Below, one piece after another: positions 28,430 through 38,309 of a stretch of DNA of 64,000 nucleotides. Position 1 is the stretch's first letter. The number at the start of each line of letters is the position of its first letter. The notes beneath the pieces were generated by a model that saw nothing but the letters and a program-made list of their open reading frames with translations, did no database searches and was not told where the DNA came from. A program made the translations under genes and the position numbers. This stretch comes from Syntrophorhabdaceae bacterium (GTDB lineage: Bacteria; Desulfobacterota; Syntrophorhabdia; Syntrophorhabdales; Syntrophorhabdaceae), in assembly GCA_963665295.1 (NCBI GenBank), contig OY762209.1:4000001-4064000 (forward strand). The letters are read 5' to 3'.

Positions 28430-29374
28430 ATGGAGAAAGTGAAGATCGGGATCAGCAGGTGCCTGCTCGGTGAAAAGGTCCGCTACAACGGGGAGCGCAA
28501 ACAGGATTATTTTCTTACCGAAACCATGGGGCCTTATGTTGACTGGCGTCCTGTCTGTCCTGAGGTGGAGTGCGGTCTCGGTGTACCCAGGGAGGCTATG
28601 CACCTCGTGGGCAACCCCGCGGCTCCGAGCTTGAAAACCCTTTATACCAATGTGGACCACACGGACCGCATGATGAAATGGGTGGGGACCGGACTGCGGG
28701 ATCTCAGGGACGCCGGACTATGCGGTTTTATCTTCAAGAGCAGGTCTCCGAGTTCGGGGATGCGCGGCGTGAAGATCCACACATCCCCCGGTAGGGCTCC
28801 GGCAAAAGGTGCAGGGATTTTTGCCGCAGCTTTTATGCGCCGTTATCCTCTTATCCCCGTTGAGGATGAGGAACGGCTCCACAACCCCTCGCTGAGGGGT
28901 AACTTCATTACGAGGGTTTTCACGTTGAAACGATGGAGAGAGCTACTTGCCCGCGACACCTCACTCAAAGGGCTGATGGAATTCCACGGCGCCCACAAGT
29001 ACCTTATCCTTTCCCACAGCCGCGCTCACTCCACGGCTCTTGGCCGTCTCCTTGCAACGCCAGGCAATTCCACGACGGATATCCAGGACAAATATATAAC
29101 CACGTTGATGGAAGGCCTTCGCCTCATTTCCACGGCCGGAAAGAATACGGATGCTCTGCTGCACATGGTGGGCTATTTCAAGAAACAACTCTCCCACGAC
29201 GAAAAAGAAGAATTGCTGGAGGCCGTCGCGGACTACCGTAAGGGCATTATGCCCCTTGCCGTGCCCCTCGTTCTTCTCCGTCATTACGTCCTTAAACACA
29301 AGGAACAATATCTCTCCAAACAGGTCTATCTCTATCCTAACCCCGCGGAATTCATGTTGACAAACCACCCATGA
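28430..29374 (+). CDS. DUF523 (TudS-like)-DUF1722 (YbgA) fusion protein
   Basis: GISRCLLGEKVRYNG, CPEVECGLGVPRE, KSRSPSSG, PVEDEERL, FH..HKY...SHS, H..GYFKK, YL..Q.YL.P.P. Confidence 0.9.
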   Translation: MEKVKIGISRCLLGEKVRYNGERKQDYFLTETMGPYVDWRPVCPEVECGLGVPREAMHLVGNPAAPSLKTLYTNVDHTDRMMKWVGTGLRDLRDAGLCGFIFKSRSPSSGMRGVKIHTSPGRAPAKGAGIFAAAFMRRYPLIPVEDEERLHNPSLRGNFITRVFTLKRWRELLARDTSLKGLMEFHGAHKYLILSHSRAHSTALGRLLATPGNSTTDIQDKYITTLMEGLRLISTAGKNTDALLHMVGYFKKQLSHDEKEELLEAVADYRKGIMPLAVPLVLLRHYVLKHKEQYLSKQVYLYPNPAEFMLTNHP

Positions 29375-29462
29375 CCGAAGGGACGAGTGAGAATGACCGC
29401 ATTGTCTTACTACTACATGATACCTCCGGCCGACGGCTGGAAGTATCTCAGGAAGGTGTATT

Positions 29463-29993
29463 TTGATCGATCTTTTACGCGCAAGGAGAAGTGTACGGAA
29501 GTACGAGGGTCGGCCCGTTGACGCAAGGTCTCTCGAGATCATAAAGGAGGCCCTGCTTCGCTCTCCGTCCGGCAGGAGCATCAACCCCTGGACGTTTATC
29601 TTTGTGGACGACCCCGGCCTTCTCTCACGCCTCGCAGAGGCAAAAGAACAGGGCTCCCGTTTCCTTGAACACGCTGCCCTCGGTATTGTAGTCTGCGGGG
29701 ATGAAACAAAGACCGACGTGTGGGTCGAGGACTGCTCCATTGCCTCCATTGTGGCGCACCTTGTCACACACTCGCTGGGGCTTGGAAGTTGCTGGATCCA
29801 GATCAGAAACAGGTTTCATTCCCCGGACAAGACCTCGGAAGAGTACGTGCAGGAACTCCTCGGCATCCCGAAAAATGTGAAGGTCGAATCGATCATCAGC
29901 ATCGGGTACCCTGCGGAGGCCAAAACTCCCCTTCCCGCTGAGAAATTGGATTACGGAAAGATAAGACACAACCGGTATGGGGAGACCCCGTAA
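29463..29993 (+). CDS. Nitroreductase family protein
   Basis: RRSVRKY, SPSGRSINPW.F, EDCSIA, LGLGSCWIQIR, IGYP. Confidence 0.9.
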   Translation: MIDLLRARRSVRKYEGRPVDARSLEIIKEALLRSPSGRSINPWTFIFVDDPGLLSRLAEAKEQGSRFLEHAALGIVVCGDETKTDVWVEDCSIASIVAHLVTHSLGLGSCWIQIRNRFHSPDKTSEEYVQELLGIPKNVKVESIISIGYPAEAKTPLPAEKLDYGKIRHNRYGETP

Positions 29994-30023
29994 CCCTCTG
30001 ACGGAAAACGCAAACAGGCCCGG

Positions 30024-31340
30024 CTACTGCCCCGTCCCGCCCGCTCCGGCCGCCCGGGCCCCAGCGTTCTTGCCTTGGGCCCGGGCGGCCGTGTCGATAG
30101 CCTGATGCGCCAGATCTATGGACTGACCCAGGGTGCCCAGGGCCTGAACGGGGTTATGGAAACCCATTCCGTTCTCGGCGGCTACAAAATCCCAGTACCA
30201 TTGAGCTTTTCTTACAAGCTCCCTTGCCGCCTCAAGCTGGGCCCGGTCCGCCGTCCCTCTCGATGCCGCCCTGCCTATGGCCTCATGGGCTTTTGCCACA
30301 AGCTGCCCTGCCGTCCGCTGCAAAAGCCAGGTTGTGTCCTGCGTGGCCTTAACCCGTCCGGACAGCCATTCAGGGCTCTGTTCGTGACACGGACGGCATG
30401 ATGCTTCCATGGTCCTCATGGGGCTCGTGACCCAATGGGAGCTATATTTTCGGTTTCCTTCCTTCATGGAAGGCATATGGCAGTCCGCGCAGGAGACGCC
30501 TGCCGTGCCATGGGTCCCCGTACTCCACGTCTCGAAGTCGGGATGCTGGGCCTTCAGCATATTTGCCTTGGAATCGGGATGCTCCCAATCCCGGGTGAAA
30601 CCTCCGGGACTGGGAGCATAGTACGCATAGGTCTGATCAGGCCGGAGCCCCCTGTCCCACGGGAATATCACGCGGGACGTGCCGGGCTCGAAATAATACT
30701 CCGAATGGCACTGACCGCACACATAACTCCTCATCTCCTGCCGGGATGCCTTTTTCACGTCAACACCCCTCCGATGCATCGCTTCAATAAAAGCAGGATT
30801 GATGACCCTGAGGCTCATGGTCGCAGGATCATGGCAGTTGGCGCAGGTGATGGTCTGTTTCATTTTCGGAAATAACTCACCTATGGGTGTTTTCGCATAT
30901 GACCAGCCCTTGTCCCGGTAAATATCAATGAGATTGGCCGTCTTGCAGGTCATGCAAGCCCCCGGGCTCGCCATGGTAATCCTTTTGGTCTCCTTGATGT
31001 CTTCAAGAGCGTAGGGATGGCCCCTGTCTTCGCTATAATCTTTACTGAAGGGCATTCCTCTGAAGTTTGTGAGAATCTCGGGTTCCTTCGTGGAGTGCTG
31101 AAATTTGATGCTCCCGCCGTAGCCCGTTGGCGATGGCGCCATCTCCAGGTTCTTCTTGTAGCTCTCGTACTGAAGGGGATAGAGCTTCCCCCAGTACGCG
31201 GGGTCGTATTCTCCCGCCGGTATCGCGGGAGGTTTGATATCCGACGCGGGTTTCTGCGCGATGACTTTCACCACAAAAAGGCTGAGTAAGAAAAAGACCG
31301 GTACAAGGGCTGCCACGAGTGGTTTTGTTCTCCCCTTCAT
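30024..31340 (-). CDS. nrfA: Pentaheme cytochrome c552 nitrite reductase NrfA
   Basis: CMTCK (CxxCK) plus CANCH, CGQCH(SEYYF), CADCH, CRPCH; KAQHP; AENGMGFH; signal peptide; AAGGAGG RBS. Confidence 0.95.
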   Translation of the reverse strand: MKGRTKPLVAALVPVFFLLSLFVVKVIAQKPASDIKPPAIPAGEYDPAYWGKLYPLQYESYKKNLEMAPSPTGYGGSIKFQHSTKEPEILTNFRGMPFSKDYSEDRGHPYALEDIKETKRITMASPGACMTCKTANLIDIYRDKGWSYAKTPIGELFPKMKQTITCANCHDPATMSLRVINPAFIEAMHRRGVDVKKASRQEMRSYVCGQCHSEYYFEPGTSRVIFPWDRGLRPDQTYAYYAPSPGGFTRDWEHPDSKANMLKAQHPDFETWSTGTHGTAGVSCADCHMPSMKEGNRKYSSHWVTSPMRTMEASCRPCHEQSPEWLSGRVKATQDTTWLLQRTAGQLVAKAHEAIGRAASRGTADRAQLEAARELVRKAQWYWDFVAAENGMGFHNPVQALGTLGQSIDLAHQAIDTAARAQGKNAGARAAGAGGTGQ

Positions 31341-31507
31341 CGTCTTACCTCCTTTTTCACTGAAACGCCCCGTTCCGCGGACCAGGTGGCGGCGGTCCGC
31401 CCGGCGCGTCACAATCTTCGCATCCATCCCGCACGATTGCAGCAGACCGTTTCTACCGCCCTATGGTAATTGTATGTCCGGCCTCGCCTTTCTGCAACCT
31501 GCACCCT

Positions 31508-32344
31508 TCAGGGAATCCGGTATGCACCTCCTTCTTCCATGACGAGCCCTTCTTTCATCATCCGTCCGAGTATGTCCCGCACCCTTTCAGGTTCGGCCCC
31601 GGCCCGTTCCGTAATAACCTTCTCAGGGACGTGCGCGCCTTCAAGAAGGAGCCGCAATACGGCCCCCCTTATTCGCCTGTCCGACCCCTTGAAGGACGTC
31701 TGCTTTCGATAGTGCGCACTCCTTCTGTTGGCATTACCTCCGCTTTTTCCGAGCATGGAGCCATAGTCCATGAGGGCGTAGTACCATCGGCGGGGATCAT
31801 TCCTGTCGAGGGTCTGTCCCACCAGAGGGGCAATGTCTTTGTCGCTCACGGCTTCCCCTTCACCGAAGAAGTGATCGATAAACACGCGCCTGATATTCGT
31901 CTCTATGAAGACCGTGGGCATGCCGAAAGCGAAGGTCGCCACGGAACACGCTGTCGCCTTTCCTATCCCCGGAAGCCCCGCCAATTCTTCCACCGACTCG
32001 GGAAGCCTGCCGCCATACAAAGACATGACCAAGTGGGCGGCCTTCACCAGAGCGAGGGCGCGCCGGTTGTAGCCCAACCCCTGCCAGAGGGTCAATACGT
32101 CCTTGAGGGACGCCCCGGCAAGACTCCCGAATGTGGGAAATATGTAGAGGAACTCCTCGTATTTTCCCATCACCCGGTCCACCTGGGTCTGCTGGAGCAT
32201 TACTTCCGAGACAAATATATGATACGGGTCGGTAGTTCTTCTCCACGGCAATTCCCGGCCGCATCGAATATAGTAATCATACACAATCGACCGAAAACGA
32301 CCGATCTCTTCCGGAGACAACGGGTTCTCGCGGCGTTCCGACAA
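31508..32344 (-). CDS. mutY: A/G-specific adenine glycosylase MutY-like, short form without Fe-S motif
   Basis: LPWR...DPY.I.VSEVMLQQTQV, WQGLGYNRRA, LPGIG..TA (HhH), ALMDYG; no CX6CX2CX5C motif. Confidence 0.88.
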   Translation of the reverse strand: MSERRENPLSPEEIGRFRSIVYDYYIRCGRELPWRRTTDPYHIFVSEVMLQQTQVDRVMGKYEEFLYIFPTFGSLAGASLKDVLTLWQGLGYNRRALALVKAAHLVMSLYGGRLPESVEELAGLPGIGKATACSVATFAFGMPTVFIETNIRRVFIDHFFGEGEAVSDKDIAPLVGQTLDRNDPRRWYYALMDYGSMLGKSGGNANRRSAHYRKQTSFKGSDRRIRGAVLRLLLEGAHVPEKVITERAGAEPERVRDILGRMMKEGLVMEEGGAYRIP

Positions 32345-32352
32345 GGACCTTC

Positions 32353-33105
32353 TCAGCGTCCCTTTACCTTGCCCTGGTCGGCTACCTTCTTCACCGCTTC
32401 CTCAAGTTCGGCCGCGTCACCAAGGTACCGGTGAGAGATCGGATTGAGGTTGTCGTCAAAATCGTAGACCAGCGGCACACCGGTCGGAATATTCAGGGAT
32501 GGTATGTCTTCGTCGGAGATGTTGTCGAGGTACTTGACCAGGGCACGCAAGCTGTTTCCATGCGCCACGATTATGATCTTTCTGCCTTCCCTGATATGGG
32601 GGACTATCCCCTCGTGCCAGTAAGGCAGAAACCTCGCGACCGTGTCCTTCAGACTCTCGGCTGCCGGCACCTCCGAGTCCTGGAGCATTGCATACTTTTG
32701 CTCCTTTCCGGGATATCTCGGGTCGGAAGGCTCCAGCGGGGGCGGAGGGACATCATAGCTCCTCCTCCAGATCCGGACCTGTTCTTCCCCGTAGTTGGCG
32801 GCTGTTTCCGCCTTGTTAAGTCCCTGCAATGCACCATAGTGCCTTTCGTTCAGTCTCCACGATTTGTGCTCGGGAACCCACATGAGATCCATCTCGTCCA
32901 AAGCGATCCAGAGGGTCCTCACAGCCCTCTTCAGCAGAGATGTAAAGGCCATATCAAAAACAAACCCTTCCCTCTTCAGTACCTGTCCCGCCCTCTTTGC
33001 CTCATCCACACCCTTCAAGGAGAGGTCGACGTCCGTCCAACCCGTAAACCTGTTCTCGAGGTTCCACTGACTCTCTCCGTGCCTTAAAAGGACCACCTGT
33101 ATCAT
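32353..33105 (-). CDS. gpmA: 2,3-bisphosphoglycerate-dependent phosphoglycerate mutase
   Basis: [53 protein letters not shown]. Confidence 0.97.
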   Translation of the reverse strand: MIQVVLLRHGESQWNLENRFTGWTDVDLSLKGVDEAKRAGQVLKREGFVFDMAFTSLLKRAVRTLWIALDEMDLMWVPEHKSWRLNERHYGALQGLNKAETAANYGEEQVRIWRRSYDVPPPPLEPSDPRYPGKEQKYAMLQDSEVPAAESLKDTVARFLPYWHEGIVPHIREGRKIIIVAHGNSLRALVKYLDNISDEDIPSLNIPTGVPLVYDFDDNLNPISHRYLGDAAELEEAVKKVADQGKVKGR

Positions 33106-33371
33106 AATCACCTTCCTTAAAGAAATTCGCTGCACAATAATCTATTACAAAATATTCCCCCATGAAAGAGCATTCTTACGGAAAGAGGGGCTGAAAGGAC
33201 GACAATTTGTGTGTCCCTCACGGGAAGGGTGAAGGAAATATCCATCCACCCATAAATGCTCCGTCCTTTTTCCTGTCTTAGACAGTTACTGTTTTTTCTG
33301 ATAGTCTATATGTAGACCGGCCCGGGAACCCACCTTGCCCGTGGACCGACAAACGGAGGCTTATATAAACA

Positions 33372-33860
33372 ATGAACGGACTCCTCCCCTGCTACGAAAA
33401 ATGTTTCTTTTGCGGACCCGCCACAGGGGGTCTCGCCCTGGAACTTGCCTACGAAGATGGACAGGCGGTGTGTGATTTTACGGCCGACCAACGATTTCAG
33501 GGTTACGACGGCATGCTCCACGGCGGCATCGTAACCGGGGTCCTTGACGAAGTCATGTGGTGGACCCTCTTTATGCAGACGCGACAAGTTGCAGCCACCT
33601 GGAAAATAGAGGTCGAATTTCGCAGGCCCGTCACCTGCGGAAAACCGTATCGCGCCTCCGCACAGTTCATCCAGTCCGCTCACGGTTCGTATTCCCTCAC
33701 CGCCCGCATCGAGGACTCCGAAAAGCGTCCATGCGCGAAGGGGACCGGGACTTTCAGAAGGACCAGAGGCTTCACTCTGGAAGATGTGGTTAAGCTCCTT
33801 GACTTCAGGGGCGTATCTCACGAATTACGGGCTCTCTTTCGCGGCCCCCAATCCCCATGA
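33372..33860 (+). CDS. PaaI/hot-dog thioesterase family protein
   Basis: CFFCG, FQGY.G.LHGGI..GVLDE, FRRPV. Confidence 0.88.
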   Translation: MNGLLPCYEKCFFCGPATGGLALELAYEDGQAVCDFTADQRFQGYDGMLHGGIVTGVLDEVMWWTLFMQTRQVAATWKIEVEFRRPVTCGKPYRASAQFIQSAHGSYSLTARIEDSEKRPCAKGTGTFRRTRGFTLEDVVKLLDFRGVSHELRALFRGPQSP

Positions 33861-33979
33861 AATCCGGAGCTTGTTCATTCCCATCATATAGAGCATATGT
33901 GTGGGCCGGATAAAAATTATCCTTTTCACCTGTCTTTTGTTGTGCTAGAATATAATCAATACTTGTGGGGAGGCGCGTA

Positions 33980-34246
33980 ATGAAGATAGAGAGCAGTTTC
34001 ACGACAATCATCGGTTCAAATCAGCCAAAATCGGTGCGTGAGCGTCAATCCGCCGGCAAGGACGGAGGAAACAAGGACATCCGGGACGACGTCGATCTCA
34101 CCGTTATGGACTTGTCCGCCAGGTCGACCCCTATCACTTCTTACAGTGAGGCCTTCGACCTCGCAAAAAACATCGACTCCCGCAGAGCCGGGGATGCCCA
34201 CACTTTCTCAGGGGAAACTGCGGCTCGCTTGACGAGTCTCATCTAA
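33980..34246 (+). CDS. Small hypothetical protein
   Basis: GGGAGG RBS, 88-aa ORF, TATAAT-like element upstream. Confidence 0.55.
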   Translation: MKIESSFTTIIGSNQPKSVRERQSAGKDGGNKDIRDDVDLTVMDLSARSTPITSYSEAFDLAKNIDSRRAGDAHTFSGETAARLTSLI

Positions 34247-34582
34247 CTCCCGCCGTAAGGCGGTTCTCGGGGGTACGCAAAAACCAGCCTCTTTCAAAGA
34301 CGCCCGCACGGGGTTCGTCGTATTCATCCGGGGTCATCTCTTTCATCACTGAATGTTTTATCGTCCGGGTATTTATTTTCTTAAACCGTAAGTATCTTTT
34401 TTCCCCCGCGCCTGTTCCCTTCGCGTCGGGAAGTCCCGTGGACGCTCGGATCTTTGTCATGATCTGCCTTACGTATTTGTATTGACTTTTTTCAGGCCAT
34501 GCATTCAAATAGAGTTATAATGTCTCATTTTACCACCAGGCGGCACCAGAAAGTCCGGTGGATCGCGGATGGCGGAGATCGG

Positions 34583-35263
34583 ATGAATAGACTGATAGCG
34601 GTCGTGGATGATGAGCCTGACATCGTGGAACTGGTGTCTCTTAATCTCACGAGGGCGGGCTTTAGAGTAAAGGGGTTCTCTGAGGCGGCCTCCTTCCTGG
34701 CCTCTCTCCCATCCGAGGTTCCCGACCTCATAATACTCGATCTCATGCTGCCCGACACGGACGGGCTCGAAACATGCAAGTACCTGAAGGGCCATGAGAA
34801 ATATACCTCTATCCCCATCATCATGCTTACCGCGAGAAGTGAGGAGACCGAGAAGGTGCTGGGGCTTGAACTGGGCGCCGACGATTATGTAACCAAGCCC
34901 TTCTCTCCCAGGGAACTGGTGGCCAGGGTGAAAGCGGTTTTGCGAAGGCCCGAGCAACGCCATGAGAGCGCGAAGTTGTTCGTGGGCAACCTGATGATTA
35001 TCGATCTCGAAAGGTTCGAAGTCATGGTGGAGGGCAGAAAAATAGATCTTACGCCCACGGAATTCAGGATTCTCCAGCTTCTTTCCACGAGAAAGGGTTG
35101 GGTCCATTCACGAGACCAGATCCTCGACTTTCTCTGGGGACGGGATAAAACCGTTATCGACAGAACGATCGATGTTCACATCAGACACCTGAGAGACAAG
35201 CTGGGCAACGCCGCCCCCCTCGTCAAGAATGTTCGGGGCGTAGGGTACAAAGTAGAAGAATGA
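34583..35263 (+). CDS. phoB: Phosphate regulon response regulator PhoB/PhoP (OmpR family)
   Basis: VVDDE, LDLMLP, GLELGADDYVTKPFSPREL, LTPTEF, RTIDVHIRHLRDKL, VRGVGY; upstream of the pst genes. Confidence 0.9.
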   Translation: MNRLIAVVDDEPDIVELVSLNLTRAGFRVKGFSEAASFLASLPSEVPDLIILDLMLPDTDGLETCKYLKGHEKYTSIPIIMLTARSEETEKVLGLELGADDYVTKPFSPRELVARVKAVLRRPEQRHESAKLFVGNLMIIDLERFEVMVEGRKIDLTPTEFRILQLLSTRKGWVHSRDQILDFLWGRDKTVIDRTIDVHIRHLRDKLGNAAPLVKNVRGVGYKVEE

Positions 35264-37008
35264 GAAGGTCCATCTTTGCCAAGATCTTCGGCGGGTATGT
35301 TCTCGTCACCGTTATCCTGTCGGGCCTTATCCTTGCCTTTTCCTTTGCAGGCATTCGCGATTTCTATGTCGATGGCGAGACGGAGAGCCTGAAAAATCTC
35401 GGAACGGCCCTGGATACCAGCGCAATCCCTCTGGTCGCTGCAGGGAACCACCTCGAACTCGACCGGCTTGTGAAGAAAGTGGGAAAAGAGACACATACGA
35501 GAATCACCGTTGTTGCCCCCGACGGCCGGGTCCTCGCGGATTCGGAAACCAATCCCGAAAACATGGAAAACCACAGAACAAGGACGGAAGTGGCACAGGC
35601 CCTCGACGGAAATACAGGCAGGTTCCTCCGCCTGAGCGGCACCCTGAAGGAAGAGATGCTCTATATCGCGTTGCCCATGAAACACGAGGGCCGGATAATA
35701 GGTGTCCTCCGGCTGAGCCTTTTTCTAAAACAAATGAACGACGCCATGAACCGGTTCAGGGTTAAAATCGCGGAGATCACCGTCACCATTCTCGGTTTTT
35801 CCCTCCTCATCGCCCTCGCCTTTTCGAGAAGCCTCTCAAGGCCCATCAAAGAACTAAGTGCGGCTTCCAGGAAGGTCGCGGGCCAGGACTTCAATGTGAG
35901 GGTCTTTCTCAGGAATCACGACGAACTCAAGGAACTCGCGGACAGTTTCAACTCCATGGTTTCGCATACAAGGTCTCTCTTTGCTGAACTCACGCACCAG
36001 AAGGAAGAGCTCACCAGCATCATCTCTTCCCTGCAGGAAGGTCTGCTTGTTTTGGACCGTAACGACAAGCTGTTGCTGAGTAATGAGAGTTTTAAACGCC
36101 TCACTTCGGGCCTCGCCTCGGAAGGGGACTTCTATTGGGAGATATTCAGGGAGCCTCAATTTGACGAACTCATAAGAAAAGTACGAAGTTCTCGTCAGAA
36201 CCGGGAGGACGAGATCGAATTCAGCAAGAGGATCTTCCTCTGCAGCGCCACCTTCCTCGAATCAGAGGGCGAGGTAGCGGTGGTCTTTCATGATATCACG
36301 CAGATAAAGAACCTGGAGCAGATCAAAACGGACTTTGTCCTCAATGTCTCTCATGAGCTGAGAACACCCCTGACCGCGATCAAAGGTTTCGCGGAGACCC
36401 TCGAAGAAGTAGTAGAAGATGACGAAGCAAGGCACTACGTGGACATAATCTCACGAAACGCCGACAGGCTCATGAATATCATTACCGACCTTCTTACCCT
36501 CTCCAGCCTTGAAGCAAAGGGTGCCCAACCCCAGTTCACCGAAGTGAATCTCAAAGACCTTGCGGAGAATGTACTCAAAATATTCACTCACCCCGTGAAA
36601 GAGAAGAACCTGCGCATGACGCTCATGGCGGATGACGCGCTCCCCACCATTGAGGCAGACCCCTTCAAGCTTGAACAAATGTTCATCAACCTCGTGGACA
36701 ACGCGGTGAAGTACTCCGAGCAGGGAGGCATCGAAATTACGCTGAAGCAGGCAAAAGAAGGAATCGTTATTGCCGTGAAAGACACGGGCATCGGCATACC
36801 GCACGACTCCCTGGCGCGCATATTCGAGCGGTTCTACGTGGTGGACAAGTCCCGCTCCAAAAGGATGGGGGGCACGGGACTCGGTCTCTCTATCGTCAAA
36901 CACGTAGTCATGCTCCATCACGGCTCAATTGAAGTGGACAGCTCCGTGGGCCTCGGGACCACTTTCACCGTCACCCTTCCGGAACACGGTTCCGGCCAAT
37001 CATCTTAA
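35260..37008 (+). CDS. phoR: Phosphate regulon sensor histidine kinase PhoR (2 TM, HAMP, PAS)
   Basis: ENHRTRTEV..AL, NVSHELRTPLTAIKGFAETL, NLVDNAVKY, DTGIGIP, FERFY.VDKSRS...GGTGLGLSIVKH. Confidence 0.92.
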   Translation: MRRSIFAKIFGGYVLVTVILSGLILAFSFAGIRDFYVDGETESLKNLGTALDTSAIPLVAAGNHLELDRLVKKVGKETHTRITVVAPDGRVLADSETNPENMENHRTRTEVAQALDGNTGRFLRLSGTLKEEMLYIALPMKHEGRIIGVLRLSLFLKQMNDAMNRFRVKIAEITVTILGFSLLIALAFSRSLSRPIKELSAASRKVAGQDFNVRVFLRNHDELKELADSFNSMVSHTRSLFAELTHQKEELTSIISSLQEGLLVLDRNDKLLLSNESFKRLTSGLASEGDFYWEIFREPQFDELIRKVRSSRQNREDEIEFSKRIFLCSATFLESEGEVAVVFHDITQIKNLEQIKTDFVLNVSHELRTPLTAIKGFAETLEEVVEDDEARHYVDIISRNADRLMNIITDLLTLSSLEAKGAQPQFTEVNLKDLAENVLKIFTHPVKEKNLRMTLMADDALPTIEADPFKLEQMFINLVDNAVKYSEQGGIEITLKQAKEGIVIAVKDTGIGIPHDSLARIFERFYVVDKSRSKRMGGTGLGLSIVKHVVMLHHGSIEVDSSVGLGTTFTVTLPEHGSGQSS

Positions 37009-37043
37009 CGCAATATTGACAATTCATTAATAGAAACATAACG
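37005..37043 (+). promoter_or_regulatory. Pho box: four hexamers at exact 11-bp spacing upstream of pstS
   Basis: TTAACG (37005), TTGACA (37016), TTAATA (37027), ATAACG (37038); -10-like TAGAGT at 37053. Confidence 0.75.
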
Positions 37044-37145
37044 TACACCATGTAGAGTATGTCAACCTTTTGAAGGACACATTACCTCCGTCCCCATAGG
37101 TTCGACAAAGGCATCATTATTGAAATCAGCAAGGAGGTGCACCTG

Positions 37146-38195
37146 ATGAAGCGTTTTCCAGGAATTGTCTTGTTGGCTCTCGCCATGACATTTGCCTTCC
37201 CCTATTCCGGGTGGTCCTCGGGCCAGGAGCTTCTCGGGGCCGGGGCAACCTTTCCTCAACCCCTCTACTCAAAGCTATTCGACGCGTACAACCAACAGTA
37301 CGGCGTGAAGGTGAACTACCAGGGAATCGGTTCCGGGGGCGGAATCAACCAACTGATAAAAAGGACCGTGGATTTCGGGGGAACCGACGCGTTTATGACC
37401 CCGAAGGAACTCAAAGATGCGGGCGCCCTCGTCTCCCATATCCCCACGTGCGTCGGGGCCGTAGTCGTAACCTACAACCTTCCGGGAAATCCAAAACTCA
37501 AGTTTACCGCGGACGTGGTAGCCGACATCTTCCTCGGCAAGATAGCGAAGTGGAACGACCCGCGAATTGCCGCACTCAATCCGGATGCTACCCTTCCCAA
37601 TAAGGCCGTCAGCGTCGTCCACCGGGCCGATGGAAGCGGTACCACATACGTCTTCAGCGAATATTTGAGCAAAGCGAACAATGACTGGAAAAAAAAGATG
37701 GGAACAGGGAAATCCCTCAACTGGCCGTCGGGACAGATCGGTCAAAAGGGAAATCCCGGTGTGGCGGGATATGTAAAACAGACACCGGGCGGAATTGGGT
37801 ATATAGAGCTGATCTATGCGCTTCAGAACAAGATGGTCTATGGAGTTCTCAAAAACAGGGCGGGCAGGTTCGTGGAACCCACCACGAAATCCGTGAGCGC
37901 CGCGGCGGATGTCAGGATTCCCGAAAATACAAACGCCTCCCTCACCGATACTGAGGCCTCCGAAGGGTATCCCATAAGCAGCTTCACGTGGGTCATATTC
38001 TACAAAGAACAAGATTACAGCGGAAGATCGAAGGAAAAAGCCGAGGCCCTCGGCAAGCTTATGAGATGGATAGTCGGTGACGGACAAAGATATGTGGAGC
38101 CGCTTCAATATTCGCCCCTTCCCAGGGAGGCCGTTGCGAAGGCGCAGAAAATCATACAGTCAATGACCTATAAAGGCGCGCCTCTCATGAAATAG
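37146..38195 (+). CDS. pstS: Phosphate ABC transporter substrate-binding protein
   Basis: GAGATFP.PLY, NYQGIGSGGGI, VDFGGTD, HRADGSGTT..F, YPISSFTW; AAGGAGG RBS. Confidence 0.97.
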   Translation: MKRFPGIVLLALAMTFAFPYSGWSSGQELLGAGATFPQPLYSKLFDAYNQQYGVKVNYQGIGSGGGINQLIKRTVDFGGTDAFMTPKELKDAGALVSHIPTCVGAVVVTYNLPGNPKLKFTADVVADIFLGKIAKWNDPRIAALNPDATLPNKAVSVVHRADGSGTTYVFSEYLSKANNDWKKKMGTGKSLNWPSGQIGQKGNPGVAGYVKQTPGGIGYIELIYALQNKMVYGVLKNRAGRFVEPTTKSVSAAADVRIPENTNASLTDTEASEGYPISSFTWVIFYKEQDYSGRSKEKAEALGKLMRWIVGDGQRYVEPLQYSPLPREAVAKAQKIIQSMTYKGAPLMK

Positions 38196-38207
38196 GCGCC
38201 CTTTTCG

Positions 38208-38234
38208 CCCGGACAAAGGGACTCCTTGTCCGGG
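38208..38234 (+). terminator. Intercistronic hairpin after pstS (attenuator or mRNA stabiliser)
   Basis: cccggacaa-N9-ttgtccggg. Confidence 0.45.
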
Positions 38235-38309
38235 TCATTGAAAACCACGGCGCGGAGCCCTATGTTTCCTGAAGAGAAACACCATTTTCCCGGCCCCATG
38301 GGAGTTATG

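Noticed and set aside
19492..30000. Genomic island integrated at tRNA-Ser
   Set aside because: The accessory genes lie on the 5' side of the tRNA. No integrase and no duplicated tRNA 3' end (att site) were seen.
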